Of a stretch of DNA of 60,000 nucleotides, positions 1 to 12,645 are shown piece after piece. Position 1 is the stretch's first letter; every line of letters begins with the position of its first letter. A model generated the notes under the pieces. It was given only the letters and a program-made list of their open reading frames with translations. It made no database searches and was not told the DNA's origin. The stretch covers positions 22,012,001 to 22,072,000 of the forward strand of contig CM075987.1 of assembly GCA_038087875.1 (NCBI GenBank), in the 5' to 3' direction. The position numbers were made by a program, and so were the translations under genes. This DNA comes from Malacoraja senta (lineage: Eukaryota).

Positions 1-242
1 CCATCTCCAGTCTGGAACATTGCTTCCATGGCAATCCTGGGACACTGCACACTTCTACCTGTGTGACAGAGATTAGGATTCCAGCCATGCCTCCACAACA
101 TCTACTGGTTTTACAGGAAAATTGGCAAACCAACACAAGGCAAGACAGCCAATTTTCCCATCAGATGTAGAAAATTAAACACCATAGGCGATCATCAGCA
201 ATTCTGCACCCATTCACTTTACATGGTAATTGGTCAGTCATG

Positions 243-800
243 TTATAGTCTTACAGCGTGGAAACAGGCCCTTCGACCCAACTTGCCCACACCGACCAAC
301 ATGTCCCATCTACACTGTTCCCACCTGCCAGCGTTTGGCCCATATCCCTCTAAACCTGTTTGATCCATGTACCTGTCTAATTCTTTCTTAAATGTTGCAA
401 TAGTCCCAGCCTCAACTACCTCCTCTGGCAGCTCGTTCCATACACACCACCTTTTGTGTGAAAAGATACCCCTCAGATTCCTATTAAATCTTTCCCCCTT
501 CACCTTAAACCCATGTCCTCTGGTTCTCGATTCCCCTACTGTACGTCTACCCGATCTATTCCTCTCATTATTTTATACATCTCTATAAGATCACACCTCA
601 TCCTCCAGCACTCCAAGAAATAGAATCCCAGCCTGCTTAACCTCTCCCTATAGCTCAGGCCCTCGAGTCCTGGCAACATCCTTGTAAATCTTCTCCGTAC
701 CCTTTCCAACTTGACATCTTCCCATAACATGGTACCCAGAACTGAACACCATACTCTAAACGTGGCCTCACCAACATCTTATATAGCTGCAACTTGACCT
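243..800 (-). mobile_element. CR1-clade (HER1-like) LINE 3' fragment
   Basis: Broken ORF2 C-terminal motifs LYKMLVRPRLEY, RRFTRMLPGL, WNELPEEVVEAGT followed by the 3' tail. Confidence 0.9.
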
Positions 801-1198
801 CCTTGTAATTTATGTGAGCCTGGCCTTTGCTTATCAACGTTATTGTCACACATGTTTTCTTGACATGCACTTTAATGCAAATGTCTGTTGCCCCCTTCCT
901 AACTCACACCAAACCCCATTCACTCTCACAGACCTACAGTGGCCTTGTTCCATACATTGCTTTTTTTTTTTTTTTTTTAATTCTCACCCTTTTCTAAGCC
1001 TTCATTATGGCCTTCTCCAACAGTACAACTTTTCAAGGTTGCTGTGTTTCATTGATTGCAACTTCTTGCAAATCCCCATTTTTTAATGACTCCACCCGAT
1101 TCCACAGAATCAGACGTAGGAAGTTTTCTCCCATGTAAACCACCATTAGGATTCAAGTCAGGATTGCTGCTTTCACAAATGCATTGCCACACCATTAC

Positions 1199-1317
1199 CT
1201 CAGCTGTCCTTGACGATCATGATAATCCTGTTTTGGCAACAGCACACCGGGACTGGAATGAATGACCACAGGGAGCCTGTTTTCTAGGTAGGCTGTCCTC
1301 AGCCACCACTCGCTCAG
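1199..1317 (-). CDS. CRAT: CRAT coding exon 3 (LSEWWLRTAYLENRLPVVIHSSPGVLLPKQDYHDRQGQLR); gene continues beyond the left edge
   Basis: Close match to human LSEWWLKTAYLQYRQPVVIYSSPGVMLPKQDF. Acceptor tttcccgttcag, donor gtaatg; 119 nt. Confidence 0.96.
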
Positions 1318-2488
1318 CTGAACGGGAAAGAAATGAGAAGGTAAACTGGAAGAGGCATTGCTCAAGTGTATATCCAGACTGCAAATGGAGTTATGCTTTT
1401 CAACAATGGAAAACTTCACTTCCTGATTTTTGGTTCAATACTTGCCCAAATTTGGCAAGGCCAGTTGTAGACTCCCCCCATAGATCCTGAACTTTTAAAG
1501 AGATGCACTGAGTTTCTTACCCCGTTTAAAACATTCCAATGTTCTCCATGTGCAAAGAATAGGTTTGACATCAGGAGACAAGGAATTGATTCTGTCTCAG
1601 ATTCATTTAAAAAAATGATGCACAAATTCAGATCCTTAACAGTGCATGATGCAAATTATGAAGGGTAGAAAATCATAAGTTTTAACGACACTGATGAAAG
1701 GAACTAACCGGACGGCTCTTTGAAAGTGTTGGCACAGACACAACAAGACACAATTCTATGTATTTGGAGATAATCACAGTTTCATGGCACCAAATTTCCC
1801 CAGATGATTGGCAACCTTTGGATGACCATCAACTCAACATGATGTTCAGAAGATGGTGTCCAATCTGGTGAAGAGTACCCAGCTGCAATATGAATAAGAG
1901 TGCAAGTCTCTGTAGCAGCACAAAGATAATATTGGTCACTAAAATGGCCAAACACATAAAATTGTACAAAGTGTGGAAAAGGAGAATCAAGAAACAATTT
2001 TTTTTTAAACTTGAAAAAGGAGAATCCGTGCATTTAGCACACAATTTTAGACATACACATTAGCAGGTCGGTCATTCGATGACTCAAACCTCAACTTCAC
2101 ACTCCAGTGTACTCATAACACCCCCTTTCTTATCAAGTATCTATCTATCTCTGCCTTTAAAAATATATGCCTCCAGCTCCACCATACCTCAGAGAATGGT
2201 GGAAGCAGAGTCTTAAAAAGAGAAGGTAGAGACTCACAAAGTGGATGTTGAGAAAGATTCAATCCTCTGAGCGAAACTTTCACCTTATCATTGTCTTGAA
2301 TGGGCAACCTCCTTAATGTTTGTTTTAAATGGTTGTCCATTGTCTTAGTTTCTCCTACACGAGGAGACATTCTCTCCAATTCCTCTCTGGATCTCTTGCA
2401 AGTTTCAATCATGCTCACTTTTCCCACCTCCATTTGGTCAGAGTAAAAAAATATTAAAGTAATGCAAGCTAGAAAACCATATTCATAC

Positions 2489-2764
2489 CCAATTTTCAGT
2501 CTTTCTCGCTCTTCTTTCCAAGCTTGCTTGTAGTCTCGTTCCTACACCCTTCTCAGCAAATTCCTTCACTAATTGATTGGTATGTTCCAACTCCTCTTGA
2601 CTGACAACGGGCTCCAACATCAGCAGGTAACGTTCCAGAGTTTGTAGGAGAGGAGGAACGGGCAGACGAGGCAGAGATTTCTGGTGGGCAAAGTATCGTC
2701 CAGGCAGCTTTGTTGGAGCTATGGGCCTCACCAAGCAGCCAGGCCTCAGTGAGGTTGACTTGAG
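2489..2764 (-). CDS. CRAT: CRAT coding exon 2 (LKSTSLRPGCLVRP...AHQKSLPRLPVPPLLQTL...LERRARKTENW)
   Basis: Carries the LPRLPVPPL motif of carnitine/choline acyltransferases and ERRARKTENW as in human CRAT. Acceptor ttgttacctag, donor gtatga; 276 nt, phase 0/0. Confidence 0.96.
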
Positions 2765-3187
2765 CTAGGTAACAAAACAAGATCATGAACACATTGCAAG
2801 TTATACAAACAATTTCAAATGACGTAGCTTCTTTAACATAAGATATCCCGAGGCATTCATAGAAGGCTATCAGAATAAATAGGACACAGATAGGCACAGA
2901 TATTTAAAATTCTGATCAGAGGTAGGTCTTCAGGAGCATCCTACAAAGAGCAAAGCAGAGGAACAGAGTGGTGTAAAGAAGATTTGAGTCTTGGCAACTG
3001 AAGATATGGCTCCATTGGTGCTGCAATGAAAATTTGGAATGTTCAAGCCATAATTGGAAAGGATGATTTAGAAGAATTGTAAACCAATTACAGTTTCAAT
3101 ATTACTTTTGCTAGAATACATTATAGCCCATTGAACTATTTTATGCAGAACCTGGAAGAATTTGTGTTGTTTTGTTAGGGGATTAGG

Positions 3188-3485
3188 GGAGACACGGCTA
3201 GTAGAGCTGCTGCCTCAGCACGCCAGAGATCCAGGCTCGATCTAGACCTCGGGTGCTGTCTGTGTGGAGTTTGCACGTTTTGCCCATGGTCGCGTGGGTT
3301 TCCTCCCACGTGCAGATTTGTAGGTTAATTGGACTCAGGATTGCCCCAAGTATGTAGGGAGAGAATGAGAAATTGGGATAACATGGAACTAGTGTGAATG
3401 GGTGATTGATGGTTGCAAGGACTCAGTACGTTGAAGGACCTGTTTCCATGCTGTATCTCTAAACTAAATTCAGCTAAACTAAACT
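3188..3485 (+). mobile_element. tRNA-derived V-SINE (HE1-like)
   Basis: tRNA-like head (gctgcctca...ggctcgatc), central gtgtggagtttgcacgtt block, tail ctgtatctctaaactaaa. Confidence 0.85.
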
Positions 3486-3493
3486 TCAAGAAA

Positions 3494-3798
3494 GCGGCAC
3501 GCAGCGGTAGAGTTGCCACCTTACAGTGCTTGCAGCTCCAGAGACACGGGTTCGATCCTGACCGGGTGCTGTCTATACGGAGTTTGTACGTTCTCCCCGT
3601 GACCTCAGCGATCTTCGGTTTCCTCCCACACTCCAAAGATGTACAAGTGTCTAGGTTAATTGGCTTGGTACAAGTGTAAATTGTCCCTAGTGTGTGTAGG
3701 CTAGTGTCGATGTGCGGGGATCGCTAGTTGGTGTGGAATCGGTGGGCCAAAAGGCCTGTTTCTGCGCTGTATCTCTAAACTAAACTAAAACCAAAACC
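3494..3798 (+). mobile_element. tRNA-derived V-SINE (HE1-like), directly behind the previous copy
   Basis: gcagcggtagagttg...gggttcgatcc A/B-box-like head, V-type core, (ctaaa)n tail. Confidence 0.9.
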
Positions 3799-4716
3799 AG
3801 CTACATTGAACATTGTGGACAACAGCAGTTTGACAAATGGCTCATGTGATCAAAACATACAATTTGGACAGGACCTCAGATTTTACTTCACTGTACATCA
3901 CATTAAATTTTGTTTATCTCATATTATAGCACATAACCACCGATAGAAAAGGAAAAACATGTAGACTAAAACATTGTCAACATCCCCCAAATCTTTCCAA
4001 TTAGAAGGAAATCTCTCTTTACCTTTGCCTGCAATGTTATGCCCATGAGAATAGGAGATATAGGACCTTCAATTGATAGGAAGCAACTTGCATTGATATG
4101 CCAGGACAGGATTGTAACTAGTTAACTCATCTGAAACAGTTCCTGGATACAGGACATCTCCCAGATACAGAACATAGTTTACTAATCATGCCCTGTAAAT
4201 TAGTAGAGTGTTAGGGAAATGAAATGATAGTTTTGTGTTAGTAGATAGGCACTGGCAGCTGTTGATTTGTAATAAATCATACTGTACCTTTTGGGAATTT
4301 GGTCTATCCATCGTAGGAACATTAACATAAAAGTCAAAGTATTGCCCCTCTAATCCCGCCCTGCTTTCTCACAACTCCAGAGCAGTTAACCTGGGGCTGA
4401 AATGACACAGTGTATTAAAGGCTGTGCTTAACAACCTTCTGTTTCCTCGTCTTAAATCTGTCAAAAACAAAAATGAAATGAACGAAAGAAAAAAAAGTAC
4501 CAAATATTTCACTGCCAGTATTAAAACAGTCTCGACTCGTGGGAGAAGTGGCTGAAGATTCACATGACTAGGTTTAAATTGGAATCGCTGTAAACTTTAT
4601 AATATGAAGCTGTAAAGTATCTTAGGATCCCCCAGTTCAACAGCAGGCCACTTAGAAATATGGGTTAAGAATTCCAATCACACCTTCAGTGCCAGCCAAA
4701 CCCAAGCAGCATTATA

Positions 4717-4834
4717 GCAAAGATTTTGGTGGGCAACGTATGGTCTAGGCAGTTTTATTGGATCTATGGGCTTCACCAAGCATGCAGGCTTCAGCAATTT
4801 CTATTTGAGCAAGGCAGCAAAGCAAGGTAATGAA
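4717..4834 (-). pseudogene. Decayed partial duplicate of CRAT exon 2 and its acceptor (pseudo-exon) in intron 1
   Basis: Translates LK*KLLKPACLVKPIDPIKLPRPYVAHQ, collinear with exon 2 LKSTSLRPGCLVRPIAPTKLPGRYFAHQ. The acceptor AG is changed to TG and there is an in-frame TAG. Confidence 0.85.
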
Positions 4835-5569
4835 TAGATTGACCGAAAACAACGTTTACACCAACCCAGGTAAAAAAGTTCTCACTGAAATGTCTACACT
4901 GAAAAAACTAACTGGTCTATCCTCTGCAGATGTTGATCTGACTCCAGCACATGATTACTCTGGATGTAGTTTTCAATTGATTGTGGTTGGGACAATGCCA
5001 AAATTTTGCCTCACAACCACCATATGAATAGCATCTGGGCACTTGGCTGGTGTGTGTGGAGTCATGCTGTGCTGATGCCAGCTCTTTCTTGGCACTTGGA
5101 GAAGGCACCAGTTCATGCATATGCCTCAATAGTAGCCTTCTTTCTGGAAAGCAGGGGAGGAGGGCCAAAGAATTAGGAAAAACAACTTTTCCCTTTTCCC
5201 TTTTTTCTTCCCCTGATAATTTTGAGTTGTCAGAAAAGATCGAGAATGTGGCAAAGTCTTAAATAATCCTTGTACCTTCTGGTAACATTTAAACTCACAG
5301 CTCAATTACTTCCTTCTAAGGACAAACAAATTTATATTGCACATTACAGCCAATGAAGCGCTTTTGGGCAACCACTTTTGCACACACTTGCCAATTAGTT
5401 CAATAAGCATTCATTTATTTGCACTGTGTTAGTTGAGGAATATATCCATTCCCTTGTCACAGTTTTGTGTCTCATCTGGAAAGGAACCCATGTTATCAAC
5501 AAAGCCACAGCTGACACATACTCTATACATTTGTCAAACATTTTGTATGATTTTGTATTTAAAAAGTCA

Positions 5570-6680
5570 GAAACTGGGCATTTCTGATAAGACCAACATT
5601 TATTGACCGTTGTTAAGGATAATTGAGAACATAGTGGTGAGATGATTTTTTGAACTGAAACAGTCCATCTGATGAAGATGGTCCACAATGTTGTTGGGCA
5701 GGGCGATTCTGGATCAATAGCTGCCAATGAGGAACAATTGGTGTAAACTTCCAAGTCAGGATAGTGTGCTGCTTGGAAGGGAAACCTCCAGACAGTGGTA
5801 CTCCTATCCAAATTGCCCTTGACCTTCTTGGTGGTAGAGGTTGCTGGTTTGGAGCTGTAAGAGTGGCCTGGAAGAACAACTGTTGTACATTTTATAGATG
5901 GTACACATTGCAGCCGGTAGTGGAGGAAACTAATATTGAGATGTTAATCAAGGGCATTGCTTTATCCTGGAGGGAGTCAGGTTTCTGGACAGTTGGTAGT
6001 GCATTCAATCAGGCATGTGGAGATTATTTCACCACGCTTCTGATTTATGCCTAGTAGATGGTGAAATGGGATGTTAAGAGGCAAGTCATTTGCAGCAGGA
6101 TACCCAGCCTTTGACCTGCTGTTGTTGCAATGCTGTTTATGTGGGTGGTCCCATAGAATATCTGGTGAATGACATTGATGGTAAAGCCATTGAATGGCCA
6201 CAGTAGATGATTAGACCCTCTCTTAATGGAGATGGTCATTACCTGGCACATGGTAGAGCAGATGTTACTTGCCACTTATTGGTACTTATTGAATGTTTTC
6301 TGGATCTTACTGCATGCAGGCACATGGTGTTATATTCAGTGAGGAGTGGCTAATGGAATTCAATATTGGGCAATCATCAGCCAATATCCTCACACCTGAT
6401 CTCATGATGAAAGTAAGTTAGTAATGAAGCAGCTGAAGATGGCTGTGTTAGGAACTGTCCCCAAGAGTTCCCATAACAAAGTCCTGATGCTGGGACGATT
6501 GTCCTGTAACATCTAAAACCATCTTTTATCCAATGCACCACTCCAACCAATAGAGTGCTCTACCCTTAATCATTTAAGCAGGGCACCTTGATAGCACACA
6601 TTATCAGATCTTAATGTCAAGGGCAATCACGCTCACATCATCCTTGGAGGACATCTTTCGTCCGTGTTTAGTCCAAGCTG
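5570..6680 (-). mobile_element. Old LINE fragment of a second CR1/L2-like family
   Basis: Degenerate sequence shared with about 18000-19620 (+) and 41930-42140 (-), e.g. gctttatcctgg / gctttgtcctggatgg; the 41929-42147 ORF gives KLDTIQDKAAYL. Confidence 0.6.
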
Positions 6681-7615
6681 ATGTATATTAATGATTTGGA
6701 TAAGAAGATTGAAGTCTTTGTGGCCAAGTTTGTAGATTATGCTAAGAGAGGTGGAGGGGCAGGCAGTGTAGAGGAAGCAAGGACTCTACAGAAGGACTGG
6801 ACAGGTTAGGAGAGTGGGCAGAGAAGTGGCAGATGAAATTCAGTGTAGCAAAGTGCAGAGTCATGCATTTTGGTAATAAGAATAAAAGCGTAGATTATTT
6901 TTTAAATGGAGAAAGAACCCAGAAATCAGAGATGCAAAGGGACTTGGGAGTGCTGGTGCAGGACTCCCAAAAAGTTAATTTGCAAGTCGAATCAGTACTA
7001 AGGAAGGCAAATTCATTTATATCAAGAGGACTGGAATTCAAAAACACAGATGTAATGCTGAGGCTCTATAAGGTGCTGGACAGGCCGCATTTGGAGTACT
7101 GTGAACAAATTTGGGTCCCATAACTGAGGATGGATGTAATGGTCTGGAGAGGGTACAGAGGAGGTTTACAAGAATTATTCCAGGAATGAGTGGGTTAGCA
7201 CATGATGACCACTTAACAGCACTAGGCCTCTACTCGCTGGAGTTTAGGTTGAGGGTGAAACTTACAGAATAATGAAAGGCCGAGATAGGGTGGATGTGGA
7301 AAGGATGTTTCCACTGGTAGGAGTGTCTAGGACCAGAGGTCAGAGCCTCAGAATTGAAGGGCGCTCTTTTAGAAAGGAGGTGAGAAGGTCAGAGGGTAGT
7401 TAATCTGTGGAACTCAATACCACAGAGGGCTGTGGAGGCCAAGTCAGTGGATATTTTTAAGACAGAGATAGACAAATTCTTGATTAGAACGGGAGTCAAG
7501 AGTTATGGGGAAGGAAAATGGGATTAGGAAGCAGAGATCAGCCATGATTGAATGGCGGAGTAGACTCGATGGGCCGAATGGCCTAATTCTACTCCAAAAA
7601 CGTATGAACCCGTGA
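6680..7615 (+). mobile_element. CR1-clade LINE 3' fragment
   Basis: MKFSVAKCRVMHFG...RDLGVLV...LYKVLDRPHLEYC and the tail gatcagccatgattgaatggcggag. Confidence 0.92.
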
Positions 7616-9769
7616 ACTGATGTGATCTGGTCAAACAGTGCATCAGTGAATAGGATACTGATGAGTAAATGTCACTAGATAACACTCTTGATGACAACTT
7701 CCTTCACTTTGCAGATAACTGGAGATAGACAGATTGAGCATTTGTTAACTGGATTAGATTTGTGCTTTTTTTTGTGAAACTGCGTGGTTCGGTCAGAACC
7801 AAATAAGGGCATTTGTGAGCATATTACAGGGGAGTAACTGTCACTTAACAGCACGGTCAGAGGCACCTTCCATCACTTGGTTGATGATCAGAGCTGACTG
7901 GGTAAATACCAGACCGATTGGATATGTCCTGCTTTTTGTGACAATTTCCAAAAATAAAACCAACACTTAATTTATCAGGACACTGGATGCTATGGAATTA
8001 TTCATGCCTTTTGGGGTAGATATTGTAATTGAATAATATAACTGAGAAAATCAAACCTTCCACCATCTTGTTTTAATTTTCTTCATCATTTGCACAGTTC
8101 CAGACTTCTGCTGGGGTTCATTCCATATTGCAAAACGTGAAGGGGTAGGGCATTAATGATTTGGAACCACATTAGTTGAAAGAGTGAAGGAAGAGATAAA
8201 CCCAAGACTACCTAGATGTTTATTCAGCTGAAAAGCCTTCTCCCATTCCTTTGTTCTCATCTGTCAATCTGCAGAGTTCCCAAAGTCAACACATTAATTC
8301 TTTGCAAGAGCATTGATTGGAAGTGCCAATAATGTAAGACATCCCCAAGGGTAATTGAAGTAACGGTAGAACTATGACCTCCACCAGGACTTGAGACTGC
8401 AAGGAAAATCTAAGCTTGCACCTGGTAAGTTGACATATTGGACACTAAATTCACCCTGAACCGGCCACTAAAAGTACGCACTTGCAAGGACACAGCTGTT
8501 GCTCAGATAACAAGGGGGCCTGAAGATACACGCCAGTCTGCTCTGCATACAATTAGCTGCCCTTTCCTTCATATATGCCCCAGCTATGCAGAGAGCTAAA
8601 TCTAGTATGAAATACACTACTATTAATACAACAGCCTTCCCTTTATGATGAAGTTGGCATAGTTACACGTGGCACAGAATTGTTCAGTCATTATTTTCCA
8701 GTAAGTGACAAGGCTAGCAGACTGCCACATGCAGCAAATCAGTCAGATTATAAACTGAATACCCCAAATAGTAGAGACATAAGTTAAGGGCAATCAGACA
8801 AAATAAGCAGCCATTATAACTTGCCGCACAGTCGACATGAATATTTGCAAAATGTGGACACGTTTGCTAATTTATCTGTAACACATAGGTTTTATGCAAT
8901 TTTAAATTAACTGATGGGCAAAAAGCTGATGATGCTGGAAACAGCAACTGTGGAAGGAGAAACAGCTTTAGTGTTTAAAGTCTGTGACCTCTCATTAGGA
9001 TGAGGAAAAGTTTGTAATCATGCACAATTTCAGCTTTTAGAGATAGATCATGGAAACAAGCCCTTTGGCCCACCGAGTCCAGGCTGCCCATTGACCACCC
9101 GTTGCATAGATGGGAGAGGGTACAGAGAATCAGGGGACAGCCTGTGATAGAGTGGAGATCAAGAGAGACCGAATGACATAAATGGTGCTCTCGCAGGCGG
9201 TAGATAGTGGTGAAGGCTTGTTGCCAAGAAATGGCCTTTATCACCCTCCCTCAGCCAGCATCAGTGCCATGAATCATTCAGTCCAATTTGGTCTTCATTC
9301 TATCACTGATATTCCCCAGTGTATTTTTTAATATTTCCGGTGCTCATGAAAGGTCATTGACCCAAAACTTTAATCGTTTCTCTCTCCACAGATGCTGCCT
9401 CACTAGCTACACCATTTTCTGCTTATACTTTGCAGAATTCTCAGCTTGGCCCATTTGGTAGCACTCCAATCTCAGAATATGAAGACCTTGTACTCAAGCT
9501 CCACACTGTAGATTTGAGTCTTTAATCTAGACAGTCAGAGAGATGTTGTTCTGAAACAGGAACGATGAGTCTGCACCAACCATCTAGTATCCATTTACAC
9601 AAATCCTATCTTCATCCACTTTATCATCAACTGCCCCCAAATGTTATCACTCATCCACACACTTGGAGCCGTTTTTCTTACATAATATTAAAGTAATCAA
9701 TTCACATGTATCTGTTATGTATGAAGAAACCTACACTATCACAGGGTGAATGTTCAAGAGTCAAAGTGG

Positions 9770-10062
9770 AGACACAAGAAACTGCAGATGCTGGAATCTG
9801 GAGCAAAACTCAAGGAGGGAATGAGTCTGAAGAAGGGTCTCACCTGAAACATCAACTACCCATGTTCTCCAGAAATGCTGCCTGACCTGCTGAGTTACTC
9901 CAGCAGTTTGCGCCCTTTTGTGTATTAACCAGCATCTCCAGTTGTTTGTTTCTACGAGGAGGGAATGGACAGGTCACATTTCGGGTCGGGACTGAAGAAG
10001 GGTCTCAACCCGAAACATCATCTATTTTTCCCCCACAGATGCTGCCTGACCCACCGAGTTCC
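9770..10062. mobile_element. Nested Penelope-terminus-derived short repeats
   Basis: aactgcagatgctgg / ctgaagaagggtctc...gaaac blocks shared with many other copies in the window. Confidence 0.7.
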
Positions 10063-10555
10063 TAAAGTGTGTTTAATTGCCATATGCTTTGCTAAAGTGT
10101 GTTTAATTGCCAAATGTATCTGCAACTGAACAATGACATTCTTACTTGCGGCTGTTTAACAAGCCTGTGAACGCAGCAATAGAGAGAGATAGTTGTTGCC
10201 CTCAACAGAATGTGAAAGACCTCAAGACATTGGAAGACAGCAAAGGGAATGCTCCCTGCTATCTGAGGCCAACATTATAGCCTCAAGTAACACTATCAAA
10301 AATATATTAACAACTTATTTAACTCACTGACTATTGTTTTTTTGTGTGGTACTATGCTATGTGTAAATTGGCTGCTACATTTGGCTGTAAACAACCTAAC
10401 ACGTTAAAAATTAAATTTTAAATTATTTTGGGATCATTGAAGTACATGTAAAGTACCTTACAACTGCAATGTCCTCTTTCATGTAGCTCAACTCTATATT
10501 TAACAAACAGATAGTTAATGTTCCATTTTATTCATTCTTGGGAATATAGCCATTA

Positions 10556-11065
10556 GTTCAAGTCAAGTGAGTTTATTGTCATGTGTCCCTAATAGGACAA
10601 TGAAATTCTTGCTTTGCTTCAGCACAACAGAACATAGTAGGCATTGACTACAAAACAGATCAGTGTGTCCATATACCATTCTATAAATATATACACACAT
10701 GAATCAATATACTGATAAAGTGCAAATAACAGTTATTTGGCTAATAAAGTTCAGTGTTTTGTCCGAGCCAGGTTTAATAGCCTGATGGCTGTGGGGAAGT
10801 AGCTATTCCTGAACCTGGTCATTGCAGTCTTCAGGCTCCTGTACCTTCTACCTGAAGGTAGTAGGGAGATGAGTGTGTGGCCAGGATGGTGTGGGTCCTT
10901 GATGATACTGCCAGCCTTTTTGAGGCAGCGACTGTGATAGATCCCCTCGATGGAATGGAGGTCAGAGCCGATGATGGACTGGGCAGTGTTTACTACTTTT
11001 TGTAGTCTTTTCCTCTCCAGGGCGCTCAAGTTGCCGAACCCAAGCCACGATGCAACCGGTCAGCA
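10556..11065 (-). mobile_element. Rex1/Babar-like non-LTR retrotransposon 3' fragment
   Basis: ORF 10751-11029 (LQKVVNTAQSIIG...DPHHPGH...LLPSGRRYRS...RFRNSYFPTAIRLLN) is typical of this clade's RT C-terminus; short (cttga)-type tail at the left end. Confidence 0.85.
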
Positions 11066-11629
11066 TTACCAGACTAACAATTATTAATGTACCCGCATAC
11101 AGGGTAGAGGCATAAACAGGAGAAAACCTTATAGACCTTGAGAGGGTTGCTACCAGTCCAGATGAAGCTGACGGTTATTTCATAATTCGACGATATTTTG
11201 CTTATTTTCAGTCTGGTCCGGTTGAACCAAACATTTCTCTCATCACATAACCAAACACTGCACTATCAAAAGCAAATATTTATATACGGTTGAATATTAT
11301 CTATCATGGGGCAGGGCAGTTCCATGTAACCTTTGTAACTGTGTGAAAGTTCACAATAAATCTACAGGTGCATGCAGGATCGGGTGATTGGACCAATATG
11401 TTCACTAGCATGTAAATCAAAATGTATTTGGCACCCCACCATTTCTTGGCTGAGAAGTACCAAGCAGAGGCAAGTCGAAACTAATGACCCATTCTACCAA
11501 TTTCTCAATCAAACCGAGATTAAAAGCTCTTTGTTCGAAGTTTAAACCTGAATCTTAATTTCAGCACCCTTCGCTACACACTACCTGTTCAAAATGCTAA
11601 GTTATATTGAAATGTGACCTCACAATGAT

Positions 11630-12235
11630 TAGAGTCACAGTCACACAGTACGGAAACAGGACCTTCAGCTCATCTCGTCCATGCCGACCAAGTTGTCCCA
11701 TTTGCCAGTGTTTGGCCCATATTTCTTCCTATACCTGAACCCGTCCAAATGTCTTTTAAATGTTGTTATTGTACCTGCCTCAACTATTCTCACTGGCAGC
11801 TCGTTCCATTGACCCACCATCCTCTGTGCGAAACTGTTGCCCCTTGGGACATGCAAAGTGATTACAGGGAGTTAGGCAAAAATAATAAAAAAGCAGGACC
11901 TCCGAGGTAGTAATTTCCAGATTACTCCCAGTGCCATGTGCTAGTGAGGGTTGGCAAAAGTAGATAGCACAGGATAATGAGTTGCTAGCGCGTTGGTGCA
12001 GGGGGCAGGTTCAGATTTTTGGACTATTAGGATCTCTTTGGGCCAGAGGAGACCTGTATAGTAGGGAGCGGTCGCTCCTAAATGGAGGGGAACCAATATG
12101 CTGACTTTGAAGGCAAATTAAGGAGACTTTGAAGGTATTTGACGGGAATTGGCTGGGATAGACTGGCAAATTATACTTAAAGGGTTGACAGTGGAGATGC
12201 AATGGTGAAGATTAAAGACGGCATGGATGAACTCC
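11630..12235. mobile_element. CR1 fragments: 3' end on - strand (11630-11845) abutting a more 5' internal piece on + strand
   Basis: WNELPVRIVEAGTITTFKRHLD on the minus strand, followed by degenerate CR1-like internal sequence. Confidence 0.7.
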
Positions 12236-12615
12236 AGGTGAATTGCCTACTCACTCAACTGTTGCCTGAATAATACATACTGAATAACACCCCAGTACAC
12301 CCGAAACTGAAATCCTATCCAAGTATCATTTTTCCTCGAGGAAGGCAAATCTCAACAGCGTTAGCAGACTGCTCGTCGCTATATTCCAAAGGGAGCAAGA
12401 GTTACACATACCTCCTCCTACTCTGATCAAGAATTACACACCCTCCTACTTTACAGTCAGGTAAACAAGTACAAACCTGGCATGACCTCCACTCTACCGC
12501 GGCTCAGTACAACAGAGATTTATAGGACCTGGCAGCTCAGCTGAATGACAACGCTTTGCAGAGGTTTAAAACACATGGCCATTAAAATAAATAGGACACG
12601 GTTGTTTGAACTTAC

Positions 12616-12645
12616 CACCATAACACGTCCTAAAGTCGCCAACAT
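12616..12645 (-). CDS. CRAT: CRAT coding exon 1 (MLATLGRVMV; start of mitochondrial-type leader)
   Basis: The minus strand reads aaaATGTTGGCGACTTTAGGACGTGTTATGGTG|gtaagt. It has a consensus donor in phase 0, matching exon 2, and resembles vertebrate CRAT N-termini (human MLAFAARTV). Confidence 0.85.

Noticed and set aside
1..1198. CRAT exon 4
   Set aside because: No FAAKLI-like coding segment with splice sites was seen; the region is mostly CR1.
3494..3570. tRNA gene-like heads with A/B boxes
   Set aside because: These are the tRNA-derived 5' parts of SINEs, followed by SINE core and tail; no complete cloverleaf was seen.
10062..10115. Short direct repeat ctaaagtgtgtttaattgcca x2
   Set aside because: Small local duplication at a repeat junction with no further structure.
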